64,000 nucleotides of DNA from Gemmatimonadota bacterium (GCA_034521595.1 JAXHMG010000003.1:2624001-2688000); one strand, 5' to 3'; positions 18,068 to 27,483 are shown, counted from the first letter of the stretch. A program made the numbers and translations. Notes: a model not told the origin generated them from the letters alone.

Positions 18068-18928
18068 TTACCTCCATTCTTCGGCGTGGTCCTGCGCGAA
18101 CGTGCGGAACGAGCGAGCGGGGCGGTGCAGAACCTCCTCGATCTCCTCGCTCACCGAGGCTCGGACACCGGCACGAACCGCTTGGTAGAGCGCGATGACC
18201 ACCCCCGCCACTTCCGGCGACCATCCGGCACCGGTGAGCCACCCGAGCATCTCTTCGTCGGAGCAGCTCTCGAATCGAATCTGCCGACCGGAGACCTCGG
18301 AGAGGACCTCGGCCATCTCATGGTGCGTCAGCGCCTCCGGTCCCGTCAGCGTATAGGCCCGGCCCATGTGCTCGGACCCCGTGAGCGCCACCGCGGCAAC
18401 CGCCGCGACATCCCGCCCGTCGACCATGCTCACCGCGGCGTCTCCGACCGGCATGGCGAACACACCGGTCCCGCGAATGCGCTCGCCGAGAAAATCTCTC
18501 TGGAAGTTCTGCATCAGCAGGTTCGGGCGCAGGAACGTGTAGTCCACACCCAAGGAAGCCACGTGCTTCTCGAGTCGACGGATGGGCAGGTCTCCTCGGA
18601 CCTCCATGCCCATCGCCGAGAGCGCGACGACGTGCTCGGTCCCCGCCTGCACGGCCCAATCCAGAAGCGGTGCGAGCGTGTCGTAGGCGTCCGAAGAGAA
18701 GGGGGGCGGCTGAAGAAATACACGGTCGGCCCACTCCACGGCCGCATCGAACGTGGCGGGCTGACGGTAGTCCAGCTCCACGACTTCGACCTCGGGATCG
18801 AACAGGTCCCGGGCGAGCGCGGGGTTGCGAGTGCCGGCCTTCACCTCGACGCCCTCGTCGACGAGAAGCCCTACGAGTTCCGAACCGACGATGCCGGTGG
18901 CACCGGTGACGAGAATACGATCGCTCAT
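18068..18928 (-). CDS. NmrA-like/SDR NAD(P)-binding oxidoreductase
   Basis: ILVTGATGIVG, LRPNLLMQN, VDGRDVA and YTLTGPEALT motifs. Confidence 0.88.
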   Translation of the reverse strand: MSDRILVTGATGIVGSELVGLLVDEGVEVKAGTRNPALARDLFDPEVEVVELDYRQPATFDAAVEWADRVFLQPPPFSSDAYDTLAPLLDWAVQAGTEHVVALSAMGMEVRGDLPIRRLEKHVASLGVDYTFLRPNLLMQNFQRDFLGERIRGTGVFAMPVGDAAVSMVDGRDVAAVAAVALTGSEHMGRAYTLTGPEALTHHEMAEVLSEVSGRQIRFESCSDEEMLGWLTGAGWSPEVAGVVIALYQAVRAGVRASVSEEIEEVLHRPARSFRTFAQDHAEEWR

Positions 18929-19052
18929 ACCCCGGACGATAGCGAGAACGGACGCCCGAAGGCAACGCGCAGGGAGCTGACCTGCGCTCCGAGCTCACCG
19001 TCCGAGATCCGGCGGACGGGCCTCCCTCTGGCAAGCGTGACCGGAGACCGAG

Positions 19053-19472
19053 TCAACCCGCGTCGGCGGCGCGGAAGCGGTAGCACCACGCCTCTCCCTC
19101 CAACACCGTCTCGCCCTCCTGCCGCCTTACCTCCACGCGCAGCTGACATACCGGCTTTTCCGGGTGCACGCTCTGAACTTCCGCGAGGCCCGTGATGGTG
19201 TCCCCGATGTAGACGGGCGCCGTGAACTTCCAGTCCTGGCTCAGAAACACGGTCCCGGCTCCGGGCATGTCCTCGGCCACCAACGCGTGTAACACGCCAG
19301 TGGTGATTCCCCCTTGAGCCGTGAGGCGACCGAACGGGGTCCCGGCGGCGAACGCCTCGTCGAAGTGCAACGGGTTGTGGTCACCCGTGATCTCCGCGTA
19401 TCGCCGGACGTGCTCCTCCGTCACGGTCATGGTTCGCGAAGCCGTCTGTCCGGGCACGAGGTCCAGCTTCAT
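19053..19472 (-). CDS. MaoC family (R)-hydratase/dehydratase
   Basis: TGDHNPLHFD and FTAPVYIGD motifs. Confidence 0.88.
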   Translation of the reverse strand: MKLDLVPGQTASRTMTVTEEHVRRYAEITGDHNPLHFDEAFAAGTPFGRLTAQGGITTGVLHALVAEDMPGAGTVFLSQDWKFTAPVYIGDTITGLAEVQSVHPEKPVCQLRVEVRRQEGETVLEGEAWCYRFRAADAG

Positions 19473-19535
19473 CTCCGCTCTCCCAGAAGAGTGTTGAAGG
19501 GGTAGGGCAGCCGATCTCAGCTCCCTCACCACCGG

Positions 19536-20540
19536 CTACTTCCCATCTTCACCCTCTCCACCCTCGGCGGAAAGCTCCAGGGAGGCGATGAAGGCCTCGA
19601 TGCGGGTTTGAACGAGGTCTGTGCTTTGGGGTGACAGCGCGGCACCCGCCGGCACGTGTCGGTCCGGATCGCCGGGCTCCTCCACCGGGACAATCTCCTT
19701 TCGGGCCGATCCGAGCCGTCCGAAAGCACGCTGCGTCTCGCGTGCGTCCACGACCCGGTCACCGGGGACGTAGGCGACGAGCGCGGGGGCCGTGACGCGC
19801 TCCAGCTCGGAGGTCCGCACATGCTCGACGAGCGCCATCATGGGAAGGAGTGCTCGTGTAGGGTAGCACGTCGTCCAATAGCGCTCGTGCAGCACGCCGT
19901 GCGTCTCGGAGCAGCGCTCGGGCCCCTCCACGAGCCGGGCGATCCATCCGCCCCACGGCCAGAGGAGCACCCGGGAGGTCGGATCAGCCGGGTGGAAATT
20001 CGGTGAAAGCAGCACGAGCGCCGATACGTGCTCCCTGAGCCGCGGCTCCATCGCCGCCCAGGTCGCCAGAGTTCCTCCGGTCGAGGTCCCGACCAGGATG
20101 ACGTGGGTCCCCAGTCTGCGTCCCACTGCGACGGCCTCGGCTGTGTCCTCGAGCCAGTCGTCGACCGTCACCTCACCCATCGCGGAAGCGCTCCGGCCGT
20201 GACCGGCCAGCCTGGCGAAGTACACGTTCGCCCCGAGCGTGCGCCCGAGGTCGGTCATGAGCGGTTCGACCTCGTGGGGGTCGGCGGAGAACCCATGGAG
20301 ATAGACGAGGGCAAGGCCGGTGCGCCGACGCTCGGTGGAATCCCTCCAGACCACCCGCTTGGCCGCCCCGGGGCGGAGGTCGGGAATCCCGCGCTCCGAG
20401 GCCGCCAGATACGCGTCGACGTCCCTCCCGACGTCGGGCATCCCCTCGAGCGTGCCCATCGAAGCGCGCGGGCCCGACCAGACACCGAACAGGAGGAGCG
20501 ACAGCGCGACCAGGAGCACAGCGAGCTTGCGCGCGCTCAC
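19536..20540 (-). CDS. Exported alpha/beta hydrolase (esterase/lysophospholipase-like)
   Basis: YLHGFS oxyanion motif, GTSTGG nucleophile elbow, Asp and His downstream. Confidence 0.8.
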   Translation of the reverse strand: MSARKLAVLLVALSLLLFGVWSGPRASMGTLEGMPDVGRDVDAYLAASERGIPDLRPGAAKRVVWRDSTERRRTGLALVYLHGFSADPHEVEPLMTDLGRTLGANVYFARLAGHGRSASAMGEVTVDDWLEDTAEAVAVGRRLGTHVILVGTSTGGTLATWAAMEPRLREHVSALVLLSPNFHPADPTSRVLLWPWGGWIARLVEGPERCSETHGVLHERYWTTCYPTRALLPMMALVEHVRTSELERVTAPALVAYVPGDRVVDARETQRAFGRLGSARKEIVPVEEPGDPDRHVPAGAALSPQSTDLVQTRIEAFIASLELSAEGGEGEDGK

Positions 20541-20650
20541 GGCTGCCCCCCCGGGACCATTCGCGTCGCTTCCGTGCCGCAGAGTCGACTGGCAGGAATC
20601 GCCGGGGCATCCGAGATTTCAGCGACCCTCGACTGGAGTGAATCATCAGG

Positions 20651-21142
20651 ATGCCAAGCGACGACGCGCACATGGGCCTCGGACGGGCGAGCGAACACGC
20701 CGACGTAACCGACCCGGAGACGGGCCTCGCGAACAAGCTCCACTTCGACCTGGTCTACCGGTACCTCTTTCTCGCCGGGGACCGCGGGGTCGCGTTCACG
20801 GTCATGCTCATCTCCGTGGACGAGCCGAGCGCCCCGGAGGGCAGGCTCCCGAATCAGGAGGATATCGCGAACACGATCCACCGCACGACGCGAGCCGCGG
20901 ACCTGGTCGCTCATGTCGAGCAGGGGCGGTACGCGGTGCTTCTCCTCGGCACCAACCTCCCGGGCGCCCGGATCGCGGCGGACCGTCTCGAAGCCGCGCT
21001 CCGCGAGCATTCCTTCGGCCCACCCGCCATCGGGCTGGCGACGTTCAACCCGGACATCGCCGACTCCGCGGAGCTTCTCCGAGCGGCCGAGTCCGCGCTG
21101 GACGCGGCCCACGCGGCCGGCGGTGGTGTGGAGATGGCTTGA
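20651..21142 (+). CDS. Stand-alone degenerate GGDEF-like domain protein
   Basis: DPETGLANK, RAADLVAH, IGLA and LLRAAESAL; EQGRY occupies the GGDEF position. Confidence 0.7.
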   Translation: MPSDDAHMGLGRASEHADVTDPETGLANKLHFDLVYRYLFLAGDRGVAFTVMLISVDEPSAPEGRLPNQEDIANTIHRTTRAADLVAHVEQGRYAVLLLGTNLPGARIAADRLEAALREHSFGPPAIGLATFNPDIADSAELLRAAESALDAAHAAGGGVEMA

Positions 21143-21155
21143 GCCCATCGATCCA

Positions 21156-21773
21156 TTGCACTCTTCTGATCGGTTCGAGCATCTGGTCGACCAGACGACC
21201 GGCACGCAGCCCTGGCGCCGGATCGTCCATGCCGTGAACGGCATCACGTTCGCGTCCATCCTCACGTTCTGGCCCTACTCGGAAGCAACGGCGATCGTCC
21301 TGCTGACCGGCGCCGTCGCCGCTCTGCTCCTCCTCGACGCGCTCCGCCTCAGGCTCCGCCGACTGAACGCGTGCTTCTTTCGAGTCTTCAACCGGCTCGC
21401 ATCGCCACGCGAAGCCGACCACATCGCCTCCTCGACATGGTACATGCTCGGCATCACGCTGGCCGTCGTTCTATCGCCGACGTGGGCGGCGGTATCCGGT
21501 ATCCTCGTCCTGGCCCTGGCCGACCCCACGGCGAGCTACGTCGGGCGACGATGGGGTCGTCGTCCCTTCCTGGGCGGGTCAATGGAAGGAAGCGCGGTCT
21601 TCTTCCTCGTCACGCTAGCGGTGCTTCTCCCCCGTCATCCCTGGGCGGTCGCCCTCGCTGTGGCGCTACCGATCACGGTGCTCGAGCGCCGAGCGTGGCC
21701 CCTCGACGACAACCTCGCGATCCCCGTCGCGTGCTCGGTCCTGTTGCATTGGTTGGAGGGCCAGCCCTTCTAA
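21156..21773 (+). CDS. Diacylglycerol/polyprenol (phytol/dolichol) kinase-like membrane protein
   Basis: WRRIVH, LADPTASYVGRRWG, SMEGS and LDDNLAIP motifs; start codon uncertain. Confidence 0.8.
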   Translation: MHSSDRFEHLVDQTTGTQPWRRIVHAVNGITFASILTFWPYSEATAIVLLTGAVAALLLLDALRLRLRRLNACFFRVFNRLASPREADHIASSTWYMLGITLAVVLSPTWAAVSGILVLALADPTASYVGRRWGRRPFLGGSMEGSAVFFLVTLAVLLPRHPWAVALAVALPITVLERRAWPLDDNLAIPVACSVLLHWLEGQPF

Positions 21774-22132
21774 CAATCCACCAACTCGATCGTGTCCGGG
21801 CGGTTCGGCACGACGCAGAGGAACTCGAAGGGCTCCTCGCCCTGGTCGGCTTCGTAGTTGTGAGGCACGCCCTCCGGAATGTATACGACGTCGCCCGCCT
21901 TGACGTGGTGGACCTCGTCTCCGATCTGCACGCGCGCGCTTCCCCGGAGGACGTATTGCTCGTGCTCCACCGTGTTGGTGTGCATCGGCATGCCGCCGCC
22001 CGGCTCCATGATGAACCGCCGCATGGCGAAGTTCGGTCCTTCGTCGGGACCGATCAGCACCTGACGCTTCGTCCCGGTCCCGGCCTGGACCTGTTCGGCG
22101 GGCAACGTATCTGCATGACGTACGGAAGACAT
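21770..22132 (-). CDS. Cupin domain protein
   Basis: HTN..EHEQYVL.G and GDVVYIPEGVPH cupin motifs. Confidence 0.88.
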   Translation of the reverse strand: MSSVRHADTLPAEQVQAGTGTKRQVLIGPDEGPNFAMRRFIMEPGGGMPMHTNTVEHEQYVLRGSARVQIGDEVHHVKAGDVVYIPEGVPHNYEADQGEEPFEFLCVVPNRPDTIELVDC

Positions 22133-22280
22133 TCCGCTCTCCTGTCGTTCGGTGTTGGACAGCGCGTGGCGAACGCCGTACGGCCGGCGTTCCCCGGACC
22201 ACGGACTGCTCCGTGAAGTGGAGCGCAACAGGCGTGACCGCGCAAGGATCGAGACCGGCCACTGCTACACCCATCCACAC

Positions 22281-22316
22281 GAAAACGGCCCGGCAGAACC
22301 GAAGCTCCACCGGACC
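22281..22316 (-). terminator. Intrinsic terminator
   Basis: Minus strand GGUCCGGUGGAGC-UUCG-GUUCUGCCGGGCC (13-bp stem with GU pairs, UUCG loop) followed by GUUUUC. Confidence 0.65.
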
Positions 22317-22472
22317 GGTGCGAGACGCCCGTGACCCTCCCGCCAACGGACGTCCGCATGTTTCGTGGCTCCACCGAAAACCCCTGCCCGAAGCTCCCGG
22401 TGGAGCCCGGGAGGCTTCGACCGACGATCGTCGTGTCGACCGATCGTGTGCTCGGTGCCAGCCCCCGCATGC
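22281..22472 (-). ncRNA. Candidate structured RNA of about 190 nt (6S-like rod or attenuator leader)
   Basis: Lies in a ~520-nt gap without a credible CDS; TAGACT -10-like hexamer at 22479-22484; 18-bp hairpin at 22367-22407; terminal pairing; ends in a terminator. Confidence 0.4.
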
Positions 22473-22529
22473 TGATTTAGTCTAACTGCCGCAGTCGCCG
22501 GGATCAGTCGGGAAGGGCCTTAACCGAAT

Positions 22530-22546
22530 GTAGGGGATTCCCCTAC
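22530..22546. promoter_or_regulatory. Palindromic operator GTAGGGGA-T-TCCCCTAC (NarL/LuxR-type-like)
   Basis: Perfect 8-bp arms with a 1-nt spacer, too tight for an RNA hairpin; sits upstream of the putative -10. Confidence 0.5.
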
Positions 22547-22650
22547 GGGGACACCCAGTGCCACACTGATCCCACCAAGCCCGCGGCCCGATCGCATACC
22601 GGCGCGGCGGGATCTAGCGGCCCGTGGTAGGCTCGGCCCCGGACGCCGGC

Positions 22651-23061
22651 TCAGGACCGGGGTCGGTAGACGCTCACCCGGAGAGGCGGTGCGATGGAGT
22701 AGCTGAACCGGAGACGGTTCTCCCCTTCCACGATCACGTTGGAGATCTTCTGGCGCGTCTTGGGATAGTCGTGCCCCTGCTCGTTCTCGACGATGAGCAC
22801 CTCGTCCTCGTCGAGATTCTCGACGAGTGTGTCGAGCTGCTGACGCAAGCGGTCCAACAGCACCTGCTCGGTTTCGTCCTGTACGTCCCCTTCGGCTTCG
22901 CTCACGAGCTCGTGGACGTCCCCCCGTTCGTATCGCTCCTCGAGCTCCTCGAGAGATATCGCTCGGGCTCGGTTTCTACGGAACGACACCTCGTTCAGAG
23001 CCTTGGAATCGAAGTTGGGATCGACGCTCTGGTACGTATCGCCGTATTTCTTGAAGATCAT
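22651..23061 (-). CDS. Hypothetical protein (acidic, 136 aa)
   Basis: ATG 11 nt after the helicase stop; coding-like composition. Confidence 0.7.
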   Translation of the reverse strand: MIFKKYGDTYQSVDPNFDSKALNEVSFRRNRARAISLEELEERYERGDVHELVSEAEGDVQDETEQVLLDRLRQQLDTLVENLDEDEVLIVENEQGHDYPKTRQKISNVIVEGENRLRFSYSIAPPLRVSVYRPRS

Positions 23062-23072
23062 CCCAGAGACGC

Positions 23073-24332
23073 TCAGGAGTCGGGGTTCAGGAGCGCATCG
23101 AGCTCTTCGGGCGTCAACTCGTCGGCGGAACGGGAGCCCATGCCGTGCGGGGAGCGGGACCTGCGTCCGCGCGTGGCCGCCGCGCGCGTCTCGGTCTTGG
23201 GGGCTCCGGAATAGTCGTACTCGGGAAGGTGCTCTCGCTCGATGGGCCGGTCCAACCGATGCTCGATGCTCTTCACGGCGCCCAGATCCCCCGCGGTCAC
23301 GAACGTGACGGCCGTACCCGTCGCGCCGGCCCGGCCTGTGCGGCCGATCCGGTGCACGTAGTCTTCGGGATCCAACGGAACGTCATAGTTGACGACATGG
23401 CTGATGCCCTCCACGTCCAGGCCGCGCTGCGCGACGTCGGTCGCGACGAGAGCCCTGACCTTCCCCGAGGCGAACCGCTCCAGTGCACGAGTGCGGTGTT
23501 TCATCTGCCGATCCGAATGCATGACGTCGACCTCGATCCCCTCACGCTCCAGCCGTCGCTCGAGCACGTCGGCTCCCGCTTTGGTGCGGGTGAAGATCAA
23601 CACCTGACTCCACTCGGGATTGGACATCAACTCGATGAGCAGCTCCGGCTTCTTGTCCGGCTTGACGGAATAGAAGCGTTCCTCGATCCCGACCGCCGTC
23701 GTGCCGGAGGGGGTCGCCTCGATCCACTCCGCATCGCGCGTGAGACGGAGCGCCAGGTCGTGCACGCCGTTCGGCATGGTGGCGCTGAAGAGCATCGTCT
23801 GACGCTTGGACGGCATCGACCGGAACACGTCCTCGATTTGCGGACGGAAGCCCATATCCAGCATGCGGTCGGCCTCGTCGAGAACGAGGTATTGGACGTT
23901 CGACAGGTCGACTCTGCCCGACCCCATGTGATCGATGAAGCGACCCGGTGTCGCGACGATCACCTCGTAGCCCTGATCCAAGGCCGTGATCTGCGGCCCG
24001 TAGCCCACACCACCGAAGATGCTCTCACTTCGGATGCTCGTGCCCTTTGCCAGGGCCTGTGTGTCTTCGTGGACCTGTTGCGCGAGCTCTCGCGTCGGGC
24101 AGAGCACCAAGATCTGCAAGCCCTTTCCCGCCTCGATACGCTCCAGGCCGGGAATCATGAACGCACCGGTCTTACCCGTGCCGGTCTGCGCCACGCCCAC
24201 GATATCGGAACCGGCGAGAGCGGGTGGAATGGCCCGTTCCTGAATGGGCGTGGGGGTCGTCCACCCGAGCGCCTCGACGGCAGCCAGGCGGTCCGAAGAG
24301 AGGCCGAGATCGGCGAAGCTTTTCGTATCCAA
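23073..24332 (-). CDS. DEAD-box RNA helicase (RhlE-like)
   Basis: Q motif, TGTGKT, PTRELA, DEAD, SAT and HRIGRTGR all intact. Confidence 0.95.
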   Translation of the reverse strand: MDTKSFADLGLSSDRLAAVEALGWTTPTPIQERAIPPALAGSDIVGVAQTGTGKTGAFMIPGLERIEAGKGLQILVLCPTRELAQQVHEDTQALAKGTSIRSESIFGGVGYGPQITALDQGYEVIVATPGRFIDHMGSGRVDLSNVQYLVLDEADRMLDMGFRPQIEDVFRSMPSKRQTMLFSATMPNGVHDLALRLTRDAEWIEATPSGTTAVGIEERFYSVKPDKKPELLIELMSNPEWSQVLIFTRTKAGADVLERRLEREGIEVDVMHSDRQMKHRTRALERFASGKVRALVATDVAQRGLDVEGISHVVNYDVPLDPEDYVHRIGRTGRAGATGTAVTFVTAGDLGAVKSIEHRLDRPIEREHLPEYDYSGAPKTETRAAATRGRRSRSPHGMGSRSADELTPEELDALLNPDS

Positions 24333-24588
24333 AGAAGACTCTTCCTGCTGAGCGCATCACGGGGTAGCGGCCCCCGAAACGTGACACCCGAGGAGCCTGA
24401 AGTTGATGAGGCGCGCTCGATCCGATGGGCCACCGTGCGTGTGACGTAGGCTCGATCGGATGCGCCCCGGCCAAGAAGATAACGAGCTTCCTTGCCAAGG
24501 GTGTAGGAGCTTGGACAACTTGGCCGCATCCCGAACGGGAGTGCTCCGAACTTTTCATCGACCCGACACGAGTGAGCCTGCCACCGCC

Positions 24589-25086
24589 ATGGACGCAGAT
24601 TCCACGAACGAGGATCGCATCTCGGTTCTGTTCGTCTGTCTCGGCAACATCTGCCGCTCTCCGCTCGCCGAAGGCGTCTTCCGAGCCCTCGTCGACGAAC
24701 GCGGCCTGAACGACCAATTCGAGATCGACTCGGCCGGAACCGGAGGTTGGCACGTGGGCGAGCAGGCGGACTCGCGAGCCACCATGGTCGCGAAGCGCTA
24801 CGGCGTGGCGCTCGAAAGCCGTGCCCGGCAGGTCACGGAGGAAGATCTCTCCCGCTTCGACTACGTCATCGCGATGGACCGCGACAACCTCGACGTGCTC
24901 GAGGGTATGTTGGGGTCGTCCGAGGCGGATACCGAGCTGCACCTTCTTCGGGAATTCGACCCTCGAGGAGACGGCGATGAAGTGCCGGACCCGTACTACG
25001 GCGGTGCGAGCGGGTTCGAGAACGTCTACGAGATGATCGAACGCTCCTGCACGGCTCTGCTCGACCACATGCTCGCACAACGGTGA
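24589..25086 (+). CDS. Low-molecular-weight protein-tyrosine phosphatase family protein
   Basis: FVCLGNICRS P-loop and DPYYG motif. Confidence 0.95.
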   Translation: MDADSTNEDRISVLFVCLGNICRSPLAEGVFRALVDERGLNDQFEIDSAGTGGWHVGEQADSRATMVAKRYGVALESRARQVTEEDLSRFDYVIAMDRDNLDVLEGMLGSSEADTELHLLREFDPRGDGDEVPDPYYGGASGFENVYEMIERSCTALLDHMLAQR

Positions 25087-25988
25087 TCGACGCGCTGCCG
25101 GAGGAGTTGCGCCACGGGGTCGAGCAGGCGCTTCGCACACGGGAGCAATCGCCACGGATCGTCCGCGTGGAGCCGGTGGCCGGCGGGTGCATCCACAACG
25201 GCTGCCTGATCGTGACAGACACTGGCTCCGAGTGGTTCCTGAAGTGGAACCGGACGGTCCCACCGGGCATGTTCGAGGCGGAAGCCGAGGGCCTTCGGGC
25301 CCTCCGAGCCACCGGCGCCGTGAGGGTGCCCGAGCCCATGGCCTGCGAGGCCCCCGAGACGGAAGGTCCCGCGTGGCTCCTCATGGAGTACGTGCGTCCT
25401 GGTCCCGTCCGACCGGGATCGGAGCAGGCCCTCGGGGCAGGGCTGGCCCGGCTGCACCGCTCCGCCGTCGACCGCACGTTCGGGTGGAGCGAGGACAACT
25501 GGATCGGCTCCCTCCCCCAAGCCAACCCGCTCATGGAGTCTTGGGGGGAGTTCTGGCGTGATGCGCGAATTCACCCTCAGCTCGAGCGAGCGCGGCGGAG
25601 CGGGAGGCTTCGCGATCCGGTATTCGACCGACTCCTCGAAGCCACGCCGGGTGCGCTCAGCCACGTCGTCCAACCGGAGCTCCTCCACGGCGACCTATGG
25701 CAAGGAAATACCTTGACGGCGGAGGACGGGGAGCCGGTGCTGATCGATCCGGCCGTGTACCGCGGCGACGGAGAAGTCGATCTCGCGATGTCGGAGCTCT
25801 TCGGCGGCTTCGGGTCGGCGTTCTACGAAGCCTACGCCACGGGCCGACCCATCACGTCCGAGTATCGCACATACGGCCGGGACCTCTACCAACTCTACTA
25901 CCTCCTGGTCCACGTGAACCTGTTCGGCGCTTCGTACGAATCCGCCACGCTCGCCGCGGCCAGACGGGTCATGGAGGCGGTCGGTTGA
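25083..25988 (+). CDS. Fructosamine/ribulosamine 3-kinase family protein
   Basis: GGCIH, FEAEAEGL, FGWSEDNWIG, LHGDLW.GN, DPAVY and LVHVNLFG motifs; GTGA-coupled to the phosphatase. Confidence 0.93.
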   Translation: MIDALPEELRHGVEQALRTREQSPRIVRVEPVAGGCIHNGCLIVTDTGSEWFLKWNRTVPPGMFEAEAEGLRALRATGAVRVPEPMACEAPETEGPAWLLMEYVRPGPVRPGSEQALGAGLARLHRSAVDRTFGWSEDNWIGSLPQANPLMESWGEFWRDARIHPQLERARRSGRLRDPVFDRLLEATPGALSHVVQPELLHGDLWQGNTLTAEDGEPVLIDPAVYRGDGEVDLAMSELFGGFGSAFYEAYATGRPITSEYRTYGRDLYQLYYLLVHVNLFGASYESATLAAARRVMEAVG

Positions 25989-26112
25989 AGGGCTTGGATC
26001 GACGCCGCGCTGGTCCTTTTCTTGCAGCCTGAAATCGGCGCACCTACCTTTCGTCGCGGGTCGATGGGGCGCCCCAACCCTTCCCCTTCCCCCATCTTCG
26101 GATGCATTGCAC

Positions 26113-27483
26113 ATGTCGGACAGGCGCGAGGCAGCCGCGCGTTCCGTGGCCGCGGCGAGTGATGTGACGCCCCCGGGTCCGGCGGCCGACCACGAACGAA
26201 TGCTCCTGCTCGAGTGCCGGCTGGAGCAGATGAGGGCGGCGGTCACGGCCGCCCGTGAGGAGGCCGACGACGCCCGGACCAAGCTGGCCGACGCGTGCGC
26301 GCGGGAAGCCACCCACATGCGCCGGTCGAGCGTTCTGCACGAGGAGCTCGCCGACGCGCGCGCCGAGATCGCCTCGCTCCACCGGCAACTGGAACGCTCC
26401 GAAGCCCTCAGGGCCGAAATCGAGGGACATCTTTTCGAAGGGGGAACCCGGGAAGACGCCGAGGAGCTGGTGCGCCTCCGCCAACAGGTCCTCGCCGAGG
26501 ATCAACGCTCCGTCGTGAACCATCGCACCCTGACCCGGCTGCGTGCCCGGATCGAAGAGCTCGTAGCGAGTCGGGAGACGCTGCTCACGCGGATCGCGGA
26601 GTGGCAGAAGCTCATCAGGGAAGATGGGCCGGAGGCCGCCGATCTTTCCGAGTTCCTGGCCGAGCTGCGCCGCGAGATCCTCGACCTCGAGCACCGAGAC
26701 GTCACCAGTGACGCCCGGGAGAAGGCACTGCGGGAGCGCCTGACTCAGGCGGGCATCGACCCGGACGCGGAAGCGACCGCTCTGGAGGCGGACGAGCCCG
26801 AGCCGCGCACCGACGAGGCGGTATCCACCGGAGCCGACCCGAGCGAGGACGCTTCCCCGGCTGCGGACCCGGCTGCGGACATGCCGGGCCGGAACCGCGA
26901 ACTGCCAGCGTCCCGCCGGTCGCCGGCCCCGGCCCGGCCAGGCCCCGCGCGGAGCGATACCGACGCCGCGACGGCCGAGTTGGCGGCGGCGGAGGGCCCC
27001 GCTCGGCGAGCGGACCTCCTGCTCCGTCTGGGCCGGAAGGGAGAAACGGGCATGCTCGACGTGATCCGCCCATGGACGGAAGCTCCGCAAGCCTCGGTGC
27101 GTGCCGCCGCGTACGAAGCTCTCGGCCGGCTTCTCGAACGAGAGCCCGAAACGCTGGAGCCGCACCTGCGCAGGGGGCTCGCCGACACGGACGCGCGCGT
27201 GCGGCGACGCGTGGTTCTGGCCGCGGCCACCGCTCGAGGGCTACCCCCCGAGTCTCTGCTGGAGCCCCTGGAGGAAGACCCCGACGGGCAGGTACGTCGC
27301 GTCGTCCGCGAGGTCCTCCGGCAAGCGCGATCGACCACATCCGACCCCCGGCAGAGCAACGGGCTTGGCCCGGGTGCCCGGGCACCGTCCGCGCCGACGC
27401 TGGAACGCGAGCCCACGCGGGATCCACGTCCCGAAAGCTCGCATGAGCCGGCCCACTCGCACCGTTCCTCGAGGGCTCGTTAG
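26113..27483 (+). CDS. pomY: PomY-like protein: coiled coil, Pro/Ala-rich linker, HEAT repeats, disordered tail
   Basis: Heptad N-terminus; HEAT-like VRAAAYEALG, DTDARVRRRVV and DPDGQVRRVV; first gene of the ParA operon. Confidence 0.65.
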   Translation: MSDRREAAARSVAAASDVTPPGPAADHERMLLLECRLEQMRAAVTAAREEADDARTKLADACAREATHMRRSSVLHEELADARAEIASLHRQLERSEALRAEIEGHLFEGGTREDAEELVRLRQQVLAEDQRSVVNHRTLTRLRARIEELVASRETLLTRIAEWQKLIREDGPEAADLSEFLAELRREILDLEHRDVTSDAREKALRERLTQAGIDPDAEATALEADEPEPRTDEAVSTGADPSEDASPAADPAADMPGRNRELPASRRSPAPARPGPARSDTDAATAELAAAEGPARRADLLLRLGRKGETGMLDVIRPWTEAPQASVRAAAYEALGRLLEREPETLEPHLRRGLADTDARVRRRVVLAAATARGLPPESLLEPLEEDPDGQVRRVVREVLRQARSTTSDPRQSNGLGPGARAPSAPTLEREPTRDPRPESSHEPAHSHRSSRAR

